DNA from: a virus | Taxonomy: Duplodnaviria > Heunggongvirae > Uroviricota > Caudoviricetes | Reading direction: 5' to 3' (one strand) | IMG/VR virus record: IMGVR_UViG_2778261419_000004 | Span: 1-37,812 of that record | Length of the DNA: 37,812 nucleotides | Translations under genes and position numbers: made by a program | Part shown: positions 27,352 through 35,427 of the stretch, piece by piece | Layout: every line of letters begins with the position of its first letter | Position numbering within the stretch: position 1 is the stretch's first letter | The notes under the pieces: generated by a model | Told to the model about the DNA's origin: nothing | The model's input: only the letters and a program-made list of their open reading frames with translations | Database searches by the model: none

Positions 27352-28192
27352 TTCGAATCTCAATGTGCCGGTAATCATCCAGGCTACGCGGCTAGACACA
27401 TCAGTCCTTCCACGCAATATCTTCTCGCAGTCATATCTGCTGTACGTTATCGCACAGGGTACTGATGTTGGTAACGTGGCGAACAAGGCCAACGAAGCAG
27501 GGCAGGGCGCTTATGACGCACAAGTCAGGAACGATGAGCAGGATGTGATTCTTGTCGATCACGAAATTCGACTGGCATCAGCTGAAGCTAAGATTCAGGA
27601 CCACGAAACAAGGATCACTAACGCAGAATCGGCGATAGTCGGCCTTGATTCACGATTAACGACAGCAGAAAACGATATTGATTATCTGACGGATGAAGTT
27701 GTCGCCATTCAAAACACGCTTTCAGACCATGAAACGCGCATCGATGCTCTGGAGTATGCCACTACTCGCAAGAAGTCAGAAGTTGTTTACTCTGGCGTAT
27801 CTGTAACCATCCCGACAGCGCCGACCAACCTTGTTAGCCTGCTGAAAACGCTCACGCCGTCATCCGGCACGTTGGCACCATTCTTCGACACCGTTAACAA
27901 CAAGATGGTTGTGTTCAACGAGAACAAAACCTTGTTCTTCAAGCTGTCGATCGTCGGGACGTGGCCCAGCGGAACCGCCAACAGGTCAATGCAGCTAACC
28001 TTTTCCGGCTCTGTTCCTGACACACTGGTAAGCAGTCGCAACTCGGCGACAACAACCGATAACATCTTGTTAGCTACGTTCTTCAGCGTGGATAAAGACG
28101 GCTTTCTTGCCACAAATGGCAGTACGTTAACCATTCAGTCAAATGGTGCGGCGTTTACTGCCACAACCATCAAAATCATTGCGGAGCAGTGA
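27344..28192 (+). CDS. Tail needle (P22 gp26-like N-terminus, extended C-terminal domain)
   Basis: N-terminal [43 protein letters not shown] matches gp26 as recalled; 282 aa versus about 233 in P22, with a novel Ser/Thr-rich C-terminal ~120 aa. Confidence 0.8.
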   Translation: MADSNLNVPVIIQATRLDTSVLPRNIFSQSYLLYVIAQGTDVGNVANKANEAGQGAYDAQVRNDEQDVILVDHEIRLASAEAKIQDHETRITNAESAIVGLDSRLTTAENDIDYLTDEVVAIQNTLSDHETRIDALEYATTRKKSEVVYSGVSVTIPTAPTNLVSLLKTLTPSSGTLAPFFDTVNNKMVVFNENKTLFFKLSIVGTWPSGTANRSMQLTFSGSVPDTLVSSRNSATTTDNILLATFFSVDKDGFLATNGSTLTIQSNGAAFTATTIKIIAEQ

Positions 28193-28671
28193 TGGAAATA
28201 AAGCTCATCGATAACCCGGTGAAGCTTGCAGAATTCCTCAACAACCCGGCAAACACGGGAAATATCGTAGACATTGGAGATAAATACTACATCAAGCCTG
28301 ATGCGGTATACCTCGGCATCTACGAAGGATTAGTGCTGGCTGGCGTTCATGAAGTGCGTAACTTCTGGCATAGCGTTGTTGAATGCCATGCGGTGTATGA
28401 CCCCGGATTCCGTGGAGAATATGCACTGCAAGGGCATCGATTATTCTGCAAATGGCTTCTCGAAAACTCACCATTCCTTAACAGCATCACCATGGTTCCT
28501 GACACCACCAAATACGGACGGGCAATTATCCGTTTGCTTGGCGCTACCCGTGTTGGTCACCTTGATGATGCTTATACCAGCAATGGAAAGCCTGTAGGCA
28601 TCACGATTTATCAGTTACCGCGCTCAAAATACGAGGAGCTAAAGAATGTTAATTTTCCAGATTGCCAATAA
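28192..28671 (+). CDS. Virion assembly protein (P22 gp14-like by position and size)
   Basis: 159 aa, between the tail needle and ejection protein genes; ATG overlaps the previous stop (TGATG). Confidence 0.6.
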   Translation: MEIKLIDNPVKLAEFLNNPANTGNIVDIGDKYYIKPDAVYLGIYEGLVLAGVHEVRNFWHSVVECHAVYDPGFRGEYALQGHRLFCKWLLENSPFLNSITMVPDTTKYGRAIIRLLGATRVGHLDDAYTSNGKPVGITIYQLPRSKYEELKNVNFPDCQ

Positions 28672-29299
28672 GCACCTCAGCAAAGCTGTGTACTGCAAAG
28701 GCGGCAGTGATAGCGGAGCAAAAGAGCAGGCCCGCGCAACTGAAAAGGGCATCGAACTGCAGCGTGAAATGTGGCAGACGAACATGCAAAACCTTGCACC
28801 GTTCACGCCACTCGCTCAGCAGTACGTATCACAGCTGCAGAATCTTTCCTCTCTTCAGGGGCAAGGTCAGGCGCTTAACCAGTATTACAACTCTCAGCAG
28901 TATAAAGACCTTGCAGGGCAGGCGCGTTACCAGAGTCTGGCAGCAGCAGAGGCAACGGGTGGATTAGGCTCTACAGCAACAGGAAACCAGTTAGCAGCAA
29001 TCGCACCTACACTCGGTCAAAACTGGCTGTCAGGTCAGATGAACAACTACAACAATCTGGCAAATATCGGCCTTGGTGCTCTTACAGGTCAGGCAAACGC
29101 CGGGCAGAACTATGCCAACAACGTCAGCCAATTGTATCAACAGCAGGCGGCAGCATCTGCGGCTAATGCGAATAAACCATCAGGATTTCAGAGCGCCTTG
29201 GGTGGAGCTGCGGCAGGTGCAGCTGCAGGTACTGCAATCATGCCTGGTTGGGGTACAGCAATTGGTGCTGGCGTCGGCCTTCTTGGTTCACTGTTTTAA
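28646..29299 (+). CDS. Ejection (pilot) protein (P22 gp7-like)
   Basis: 217 aa; Q/N/A/G-rich low-complexity with a Gly/Ala-rich C-terminus; GAGGAG 8 nt upstream; position matches gp7. Confidence 0.7.
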   Translation: MLIFQIANKHLSKAVYCKGGSDSGAKEQARATEKGIELQREMWQTNMQNLAPFTPLAQQYVSQLQNLSSLQGQGQALNQYYNSQQYKDLAGQARYQSLAAAEATGGLGSTATGNQLAAIAPTLGQNWLSGQMNNYNNLANIGLGALTGQANAGQNYANNVSQLYQQQAAASAANANKPSGFQSALGGAAAGAAAGTAIMPGWGTAIGAGVGLLGSLF

Positions 29300-29311
29300 T
29301 GGAGGTGTCTC

Positions 29312-30724
29312 TTGGCTACATGGCAACAGGCTGGTAATTCAGGCGCGCTTCTTGCCGGGTTAGGCGGCATGAACTCCAACGCTCCAAGAGCAAGTGATGC
29401 AGACGCCACGCTTGCATACATTCGACAGAATAACGAGATGGAGCGTTCAGGACGTAATAACGTTGGCTTGCAGGCTTTGCAGGGCATTTCATCTGTCATG
29501 GATATGTATAAGCAGATGGATCAGCAGAAGCGACAGCAAGAGTTTCAGCAGGCTTATGCTGATGCATATACATCTGGTGACCGCGATGCAATGCGAAAAC
29601 TGGCATCACAGTATCCTGAGCAGTTTGACGCTGTAAGAAACGGCATGAAATTTGTCGATGAAGACCAGCGTTCCACTGTCGGCACACTGGCAGCAAGTGC
29701 CAGACTGGCAGCTTCATCTCCAGAAGCCATGATGTCATGGTTGCAGAACAACTCATCTGAGCTTACTCGTGCCGGAGTAGACCCTCTGGATGTGGCGAAA
29801 ATGTATCAGCAAAATCCACAAGGTTTCACAGAGTTTGTTGATCACCTTGGAATGGCTGCTCTTGGTCCGATTGATTACTTCAATGTTCAGGACAAGATGG
29901 CTGGTCGTGAAATTGACCGAGGCAGGCTGGCAGAGACAATCCGCAGCAATCAGGCTGGTGAAGCACTTCAGGCGAGAGGGCAAAACCTTTCCTATCAGTC
30001 AGCAATGACTGGGCACAATATCGCAGCACAACGCTTGGCTCTGGATCAGCAAGAGTTCGGGTTTAAGATGCAGCAAGCGCAGGAAAAGGCTCAGCAGTTG
30101 ATTAGTGAAGCACCTAAGCTGTCAGTAAACATGGAAAAAGGCATCGAGACGGCTGTAAACAATGCCACAGCATCATCAAACTCAGCCAATTCTATGAGTG
30201 CGCTTGCTCAACAGTTCAGAGCAGAAAAACCAACGACAGGTTTGTTCGGTAACGCACAGAACATGTTCGCAAAACTTACCGGAAGCGATACAACATTGCG
30301 TGATTTGCGCATTCGCCAAAATGCCCTTGTTAACAGTCAGGTCCTTAAATTCCTACCTCCCGGCCCAGCAACGGATAAAGACGTTGAGATCGTTCGGCAG
30401 GGTGCGCCAACTGACATGGATAACCCTGAGACGGTCGCAAGATGGCTTGATGCAATGGCAAACCTTGAGCGACGAAACGCGCAGTTTAATGAGTTTAAAG
30501 CTGAGTGGATGAGCGCGAATGGCAACCCTGGACAATCGCGTAATGGCGGTCAGATATTGGGGTTGGATGTTAAAAAAGGTGAATCATTGGGGAGTGCCGT
30601 TAAGCGGTATATGTCAATGAATACTGACGCAGCGCCAGCACAAGATTCGACACCTTCAGGAGAACCACGGAATCAGGTTGGATCATATACCTCAAAATCA
30701 GGCATTCAATTTACGGTGGAATGA
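29312..30724 (+). CDS. Ejection protein (P22 gp20-like)
   Basis: 470 aa (P22 gp20 about 471); TTG start after GGAGGTG; assigned by position and size. Confidence 0.7.
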   Translation: MATWQQAGNSGALLAGLGGMNSNAPRASDADATLAYIRQNNEMERSGRNNVGLQALQGISSVMDMYKQMDQQKRQQEFQQAYADAYTSGDRDAMRKLASQYPEQFDAVRNGMKFVDEDQRSTVGTLAASARLAASSPEAMMSWLQNNSSELTRAGVDPLDVAKMYQQNPQGFTEFVDHLGMAALGPIDYFNVQDKMAGREIDRGRLAETIRSNQAGEALQARGQNLSYQSAMTGHNIAAQRLALDQQEFGFKMQQAQEKAQQLISEAPKLSVNMEKGIETAVNNATASSNSANSMSALAQQFRAEKPTTGLFGNAQNMFAKLTGSDTTLRDLRIRQNALVNSQVLKFLPPGPATDKDVEIVRQGAPTDMDNPETVARWLDAMANLERRNAQFNEFKAEWMSANGNPGQSRNGGQILGLDVKKGESLGSAVKRYMSMNTDAAPAQDSTPSGEPRNQVGSYTSKSGIQFTVE

Positions 30725-32562
30725 TGAAAGTAACTGCAAACGGTAAGACATTTACCTTTCCTGATGGTACGAGCACCGAAGATATTGGCACCGCCATTGA
30801 CGAGTATTTTGCTGGTCAGGCTGTTCAGCAACAAACAGTTAATCAGGCCAATAATGCACCAACACGGGAAGAACCATCATTGATGCAACAAGCTGGCGAT
30901 TGGCTCACTGGTGGTCAAAGTGCAGGGCAAATTGCAGAACAGGCTGGTCGTGGTCTGGTAAACATACCATTTGACGTATTGCAGGGCGGCGCAAGTCTGA
31001 TTAATGCAATCAGCCAGGGGCTTGGTGGACCCAAGGTTATGGATGATGTTTATCGTCCAGTAGACAGACCGACAGACCCCTACGCGCAAGCCGGTGAAAC
31101 AATTGGTGGGTATTTAGTTCCAGGAGTTGGAACGGCAGGAAGCATGGCTATTGGATCACTGGCAGAGGCCGCAAATCAGAAAGGCGATTTCGCACAAAAT
31201 GCAGCTAAAAATGCCGGAGTTAACCTTGCCGCTCAGGGTGTTCTTTCCGCAGCAGCAAAGGGAATAGGGCGTGGAATAACGGCTATAAAAGGTGATATTG
31301 CGCCAGAAGTGGCGAAGAAAATTGCCACATCAGAATCGATGGGCGTGACACCAATGACATCTGATGTTATCCCGCCGAAAAATGCTTTCACTCGCGGCCT
31401 TACTCAGGATGCCGAGGGGGCTTTGCTCGGGACGGGCTCAAAGCGAGCAGAGCAATATGCAACGCGTAGTAAGCTGGTAAGCAATTATTTTGACCGTTTT
31501 GGTGAGTATAACCCTGATGATGTGGTGAAATCTCTGACCACCACGTTAAGGGGGCGGAAGGATGCTGCTGGCGCTGTTATCAATGACGTCACCAATAAAA
31601 TGGGTAATGCCGCAGTTGATACTACAAATACCATGAATGCTCTGAATACAGCGATCGCAAGACAGGAACGGCTTGGGACTTCAGCCAATCAAAGCCTGCT
31701 TACATCCTTGCGTAACCTGCGTGAAGAATTAGCAAACCCTGCAACTGATTTGGATGTTACGTTTGATCTCTTGCGTCAGCACAGAACAGCATTTAGATCT
31801 AATGTTCAGGGAGATGCTATGGTCTTCCCCAACCAGGCAAAAGCAGCTACCAATATGGTAGAGAATGCAATGTCAAAAGACCTTCGTAACGCAGTTGCTA
31901 AAAACCTCGGTGCATCAGACGCAGCAAAATACCTTAAAGCAAATTCCGATTATGCAAATGTTTATAATAAGGTGCTTAATAAAAACATTGCCAACAAGCT
32001 CAACAAGGCAAGCAGTGAAGCCAGTCCTGAACTTATAAATACCGTTGTATTAAGCAGAAAACCATCTGACGTGAAACGAATCTGGAGCGCACTGGATGAT
32101 AAAGGGAAAGATGCTATGCGTGCAGCTTACGTCAGCAAAATAGCGGAAAAGGCCGGTGACTCTCCAGCCAAGTTCATCACTGAAGTTAATAAGCTGAAAT
32201 CTCAGTCAGGCGGTGAAATTTACAACACTATTTTTTCTGGAAAGCACATGAAAGAACTTGATGCTCTTCATGAAGTTCTACAGCAAACAGCAAGGTCAGA
32301 CACCGCAAATGTAGTAACTCAGACGGGGCAATCACAAGCCAACAGGATAAGGACGATTGGAGCAACTGCGACTCTTGGTGTATCAATGGGGCTTGAGGCT
32401 GGCTTTGGTGCAATGATGCGTTTGTATGAGTCCAAAGCAGCAAGGAATGCTCTCTTACGTCTGGCAAACACTAAGGCTGGAACGCCAGCCTATGAAAGAG
32501 CGTTGAGTAACGCCGCAAATGCCATCAGGCCGCTGCTTGCTACTGAGGCAACACAGCAGTAA
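30721..32562 (+). CDS. Ejection protein (P22 gp16-like)
   Basis: 613 aa (P22 gp16 about 609); last gene of the rightward late operon before the immI region. Confidence 0.75.
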   Translation: MMKVTANGKTFTFPDGTSTEDIGTAIDEYFAGQAVQQQTVNQANNAPTREEPSLMQQAGDWLTGGQSAGQIAEQAGRGLVNIPFDVLQGGASLINAISQGLGGPKVMDDVYRPVDRPTDPYAQAGETIGGYLVPGVGTAGSMAIGSLAEAANQKGDFAQNAAKNAGVNLAAQGVLSAAAKGIGRGITAIKGDIAPEVAKKIATSESMGVTPMTSDVIPPKNAFTRGLTQDAEGALLGTGSKRAEQYATRSKLVSNYFDRFGEYNPDDVVKSLTTTLRGRKDAAGAVINDVTNKMGNAAVDTTNTMNALNTAIARQERLGTSANQSLLTSLRNLREELANPATDLDVTFDLLRQHRTAFRSNVQGDAMVFPNQAKAATNMVENAMSKDLRNAVAKNLGASDAAKYLKANSDYANVYNKVLNKNIANKLNKASSEASPELINTVVLSRKPSDVKRIWSALDDKGKDAMRAAYVSKIAEKAGDSPAKFITEVNKLKSQSGGEIYNTIFSGKHMKELDALHEVLQQTARSDTANVVTQTGQSQANRIRTIGATATLGVSMGLEAGFGAMMRLYESKAARNALLRLANTKAGTPAYERALSNAANAIRPLLATEATQQ

Positions 32563-32586
32563 CGTATGGGGAATTGGATTCAATCG

Positions 32587-32976
32587 TTAACATTTTCTTT
32601 TTACTTTTCCAACAAAAGCTTTGGTTGAATCCATATTCCCATAACCAGAAATGGTTTTCGACATTAAAACTGTTCCATTAGGATGTATTACCCATGAGTC
32701 GATAACTCGTTGAGTTTCGCCATTCGCGCCGATTCCAATGATGGAGTTTTTAGACAATGCTTTGTAAGCCATGCCGCCCGCATCCGTCCCAGAATATGTG
32801 ATACTGGCATCTTCACCGTTTGTCTTAATGATGAATGTTCCACTAAAACCATCTTCTTCCGGTTGAAAATTATTTCGTTCTGAATAGCTTATTCCGTGCA
32901 TATCCCCAACGACCCAGCACTCTGCTGAGACAGAAAACGAGAAGACAAAGAAAGCCATTGCTATAATCAATTTCAT
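32587..32976 (-). CDS. Secreted protein with signal peptide (unknown function)
   Basis: 129 aa; N-terminal MKLIIAMAFFVFSFSVSA then E; AT-rich; second gene downstream of mnt on the same strand. Confidence 0.65.
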   Translation of the reverse strand: MKLIIAMAFFVFSFSVSAECWVVGDMHGISYSERNNFQPEEDGFSGTFIIKTNGEDASITYSGTDAGGMAYKALSKNSIIGIGANGETQRVIDSWVIHPNGTVLMSKTISGYGNMDSTKAFVGKVKRKC

Positions 32977-32992
32977 TTTTAAGCCCTTATTG

Positions 32993-33328
32993 TTATTGAT
33001 TCTTTTTGCACGGAAATGTTTTTCCTACTGCTAGGGCGGTTAGTATAACTGCATTCTCATTTCTTGATTCTGGGTTTTTGTTTAGATATTTCTCAACGAT
33101 ATCGGTGTATTGATACATGTCAACGCCATCAGGAGGACATAGAGAACCAATTAGTATCAATGAGTCAGTTACTCCGCGCAAATATCCAGTAATGTAAAGC
33201 GATGAAAAATCATCACCCTTTTTACCTTGTTGAATGTTGTAAAGAAGGTCATTACCCGTTTGAAGCTCGCGCAGCTCAGCACTGGAAGAAGAGACAACTG
33301 CTAACAGGAACAGTGATAGAAATCTCAT
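32993..33328 (-). CDS. Secreted protein with signal peptide (unknown function), coupled to mnt
   Basis: 111 aa; N-terminal MRFLSLFLLAVVSSSSA; start overlaps the mnt stop (ATGA); AT-rich. Confidence 0.65.
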   Translation of the reverse strand: MRFLSLFLLAVVSSSSAELRELQTGNDLLYNIQQGKKGDDFSSLYITGYLRGVTDSLILIGSLCPPDGVDMYQYTDIVEKYLNKNPESRNENAVILTALAVGKTFPCKKNQ

Positions 33329-33579
33329 TTCAAATCCTTTTCATAAATCTTTTTAAGTGTCTCAAACACTATAGACTTGAACTGCTCAGCCTGCTGATCA
33401 GCCAAGCGTTCAGCTTCGTCGCGATATCCTGTAATCGGTGATGGTTTTGATAGTGCATCCTGAACGATTTGTAATAACTCAGAGTTCATTGACCTTCCGT
33501 TAGCCTCGGCTCTTAATTTCAATTTTTCTCTTACTTCCAAAGGCATACGGAAGTTAAAGTGCGGATCATCTCTAGCCAT
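33325..33579 (-). CDS. mnt: Mnt repressor (ribbon-helix-helix)
   Basis: 84 aa MARDDPHFNFRMPLEVREKLKLRAEANGRSMNSELLQIVQDALSKPSP... near-identical to P22 Mnt as recalled. Confidence 0.85.
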   Translation of the reverse strand: MARDDPHFNFRMPLEVREKLKLRAEANGRSMNSELLQIVQDALSKPSPITGYRDEAERLADQQAEQFKSIVFETLKKIYEKDLK

Positions 33580-33601
33580 GCCATCACTCCAAGTTAGTGT
33601 A

Positions 33602-33630
33602 TTGACATGATAGAAGCACTCTACTATATT
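33602..33630 (+). promoter_or_regulatory. Pant promoter with Arc operator
   Basis: -35 TTGACA (33602-33607), 17-nt spacer, -10 TATATT; Arc operator-like ATGATAGAAGCACTCTACTAT at 33607-33627. Confidence 0.65.
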
Positions 33631-33636
33631 CTCAAT

Positions 33637-33653
33637 AGGTCCACCGTGGACCT
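33637..33653. promoter_or_regulatory. Mnt operator
   Basis: 17-bp palindrome AGGTCCAC-C-GTGGACCT between mnt and arc. Confidence 0.7.
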
Positions 33654-33669
33654 ATATTGTGAGGTGAAC

Positions 33670-33831
33670 ATGAAAGGAATGAGCAAAATGCCGCAGTTCA
33701 ATTTGCGGTGGCCTAAAGAAGTATTGGATTTGGTACGCAAGGTGGCGGAAGAGAATGGTCGGTCTGTTAACTCTGAGATTTATCAGAGAGTAATGGAAAG
33801 CTTTAAGAAGGAAGGGCGCATTGGCGCGTAA
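33670..33831 (+). CDS. arc: Arc repressor (ribbon-helix-helix)
   Basis: 53 aa [53 protein letters not shown] matches P22 Arc as recalled; GAGGTG upstream. Track ORF starts earlier at 33607. Confidence 0.85.
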   Translation: MKGMSKMPQFNLRWPKEVLDLVRKVAEENGRSVNSEIYQRVMESFKKEGRIGA

Positions 33832-33899
33832 AGTTGAAGCCCCAACTGCGGGAACAGTCAGGGCTTCGGTTGTCAGTAAATCCGTGGAGAAAAACCAAC

Positions 33900-34802
33900 A
33901 TGAATAGTATAGCAATTTTAGAAGCAGTGAACACCTCTTACGTACCATTCAACGGTCAGCAAATTATCACCGCCATGGCTGCCGGAGTTGCATACGTTGC
34001 GATGAAGCCAATCGTTGAAAACCTTGGAATGAGTTGGGGTACTCAGCAACAAAAACTTATGAAACAACTAGATAAGTTCAACTGTATTCATATGAATATG
34101 GTTGCCGCTGATGGGAAGCTTCGTAAGCTACTCTGCCTTCCTTTGAAGAAGTTAAATGGATGGCTGTTCAGCATCAACCCTGAGAAAGTTCGAGCTGACA
34201 TCCGCGATAAACTGATTCAGTACCAGGAAGAATGCTTTACTGTACTGCATGACTACTGGACAAAGGGAAAGGCAGAAAATGCACGTAAGAAAACATCTGT
34301 TGATGACAGGACTCCGCTTCGTGATGCTGTAAATATGCTAGTCAGCAAAAAGCATCTAATGTACCCAGAAGCTTATGCAATGATTCATCAGCGTTTCAAT
34401 GTGGAAAGTATTGAAGAGCTTGATGCATCTCAGATACCGCAAGCCGTAGAGTACATCCACAGGGTAGTGCTTGAAGGTGAGTTCATCGGCAAACAAGAGA
34501 AGAAAACCAACGAGCTTTCTGCAAAAGAAGCAAACAGCCTTGTATGGCTATGGGATTATGCCAACCGCTCACAGGCATTATTCCGCGAACTGTATCCGGC
34601 GCTGAAACAAATTCAATCGAACTATTCCGGCAGATGTCATGACTGCGGTTATGAGTTCTCCCGTATTATCGATATAGCGAGAGACGTTTTAATCAATCAC
34701 TCACGAGATGTTGATATCAATGAGCCAGACGGACCAACGAATCTTTCCGCATGGATGAGACTTAAGAATAAAGAATTACCTCCTTCAGTACATAACTACT
34801 GA
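33900..34802 (+). CDS. ant: Antirepressor Ant
   Basis: 300 aa from the ATG at 33900 ([26 protein letters not shown]...), matching P22 Ant size and recalled N-terminus; track extension from 33834 is a TTG start. Confidence 0.85.
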   Translation: MNSIAILEAVNTSYVPFNGQQIITAMAAGVAYVAMKPIVENLGMSWGTQQQKLMKQLDKFNCIHMNMVAADGKLRKLLCLPLKKLNGWLFSINPEKVRADIRDKLIQYQEECFTVLHDYWTKGKAENARKKTSVDDRTPLRDAVNMLVSKKHLMYPEAYAMIHQRFNVESIEELDASQIPQAVEYIHRVVLEGEFIGKQEKKTNELSAKEANSLVWLWDYANRSQALFRELYPALKQIQSNYSGRCHDCGYEFSRIIDIARDVLINHSRDVDINEPDGPTNLSAWMRLKNKELPPSVHNY

Positions 34803-34821
34803 CAGATAACCAACGCAACGA

Positions 34822-34844
34822 CCCAGCTTCGGCTGGGTTTTTTT
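34822..34844 (+). terminator. Rho-independent terminator after ant
   Basis: CCCAGC-TTCG-GCTGGG hairpin followed by TTTTTTT. Confidence 0.8.
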
Positions 34845-34912
34845 ATGCCCAAAATTCACCGTAGCTACGCTGCGGTGATTCCTTGTATCTGGAGCAAATT
34901 AAATGACAGACA

Positions 34913-35401
34913 TTATCTAAAACAAGCAAACTCGCCATGATATTTTTCCCTGAATGCAATAGACATTAATTCGGCCAGCTCAATATCATCGGTATACCCA
35001 AGGCAAATAGACTTACCTTTTAGTTTGAACATAACTTTATATGTGTTTTTCCCTTTAAGAAGATGAACTCCTTTTATACCTGTATTGGATGATGAAACGC
35101 TGTTGGTTTTATTCTGACCTCTGGTTACTTCTCTTAGGTTTGAAATTCTATTGTCATTTTTAACCCCGTTAATATGGTCAATTAACCCTTTAGGCCAGCA
35201 TCCTTTCATATAAAACCAAGCAAGTCGGTGGCAAAGATACGATTTTCCATTAATCCGTATTGATAAGTAGTCGGCCTGTGAGTTCGTCTTAAATCCAGCA
35301 ACCTTTCCGATACTGGAGCTACCAGAAGCTATCTTCCAAGTGAAGACGCCTGTTTCTGGGTTGTAGTTGAGTGAAGAGGTTAATTCTTTATGAGTAATCA
35401 T
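34913..35401 (-). CDS. HNH homing endonuclease with AP2 domain (paralog of 10535..11122)
   Basis: 162 aa from the second ATG; HNH LIDHINGVKNDNRISNLREVTRGQN; AP2-like GIKGVHLLKGKNTYKVMFKLKGKSICLGYTDD; opposite strand to flanking genes; AT-rich. Confidence 0.75.
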   Translation of the reverse strand: MITHKELTSSLNYNPETGVFTWKIASGSSSIGKVAGFKTNSQADYLSIRINGKSYLCHRLAWFYMKGCWPKGLIDHINGVKNDNRISNLREVTRGQNKTNSVSSSNTGIKGVHLLKGKNTYKVMFKLKGKSICLGYTDDIELAELMSIAFREKYHGEFACFR

Positions 35402-35427
35402 ATTCATTCCTTAAATAGAGATTCACT

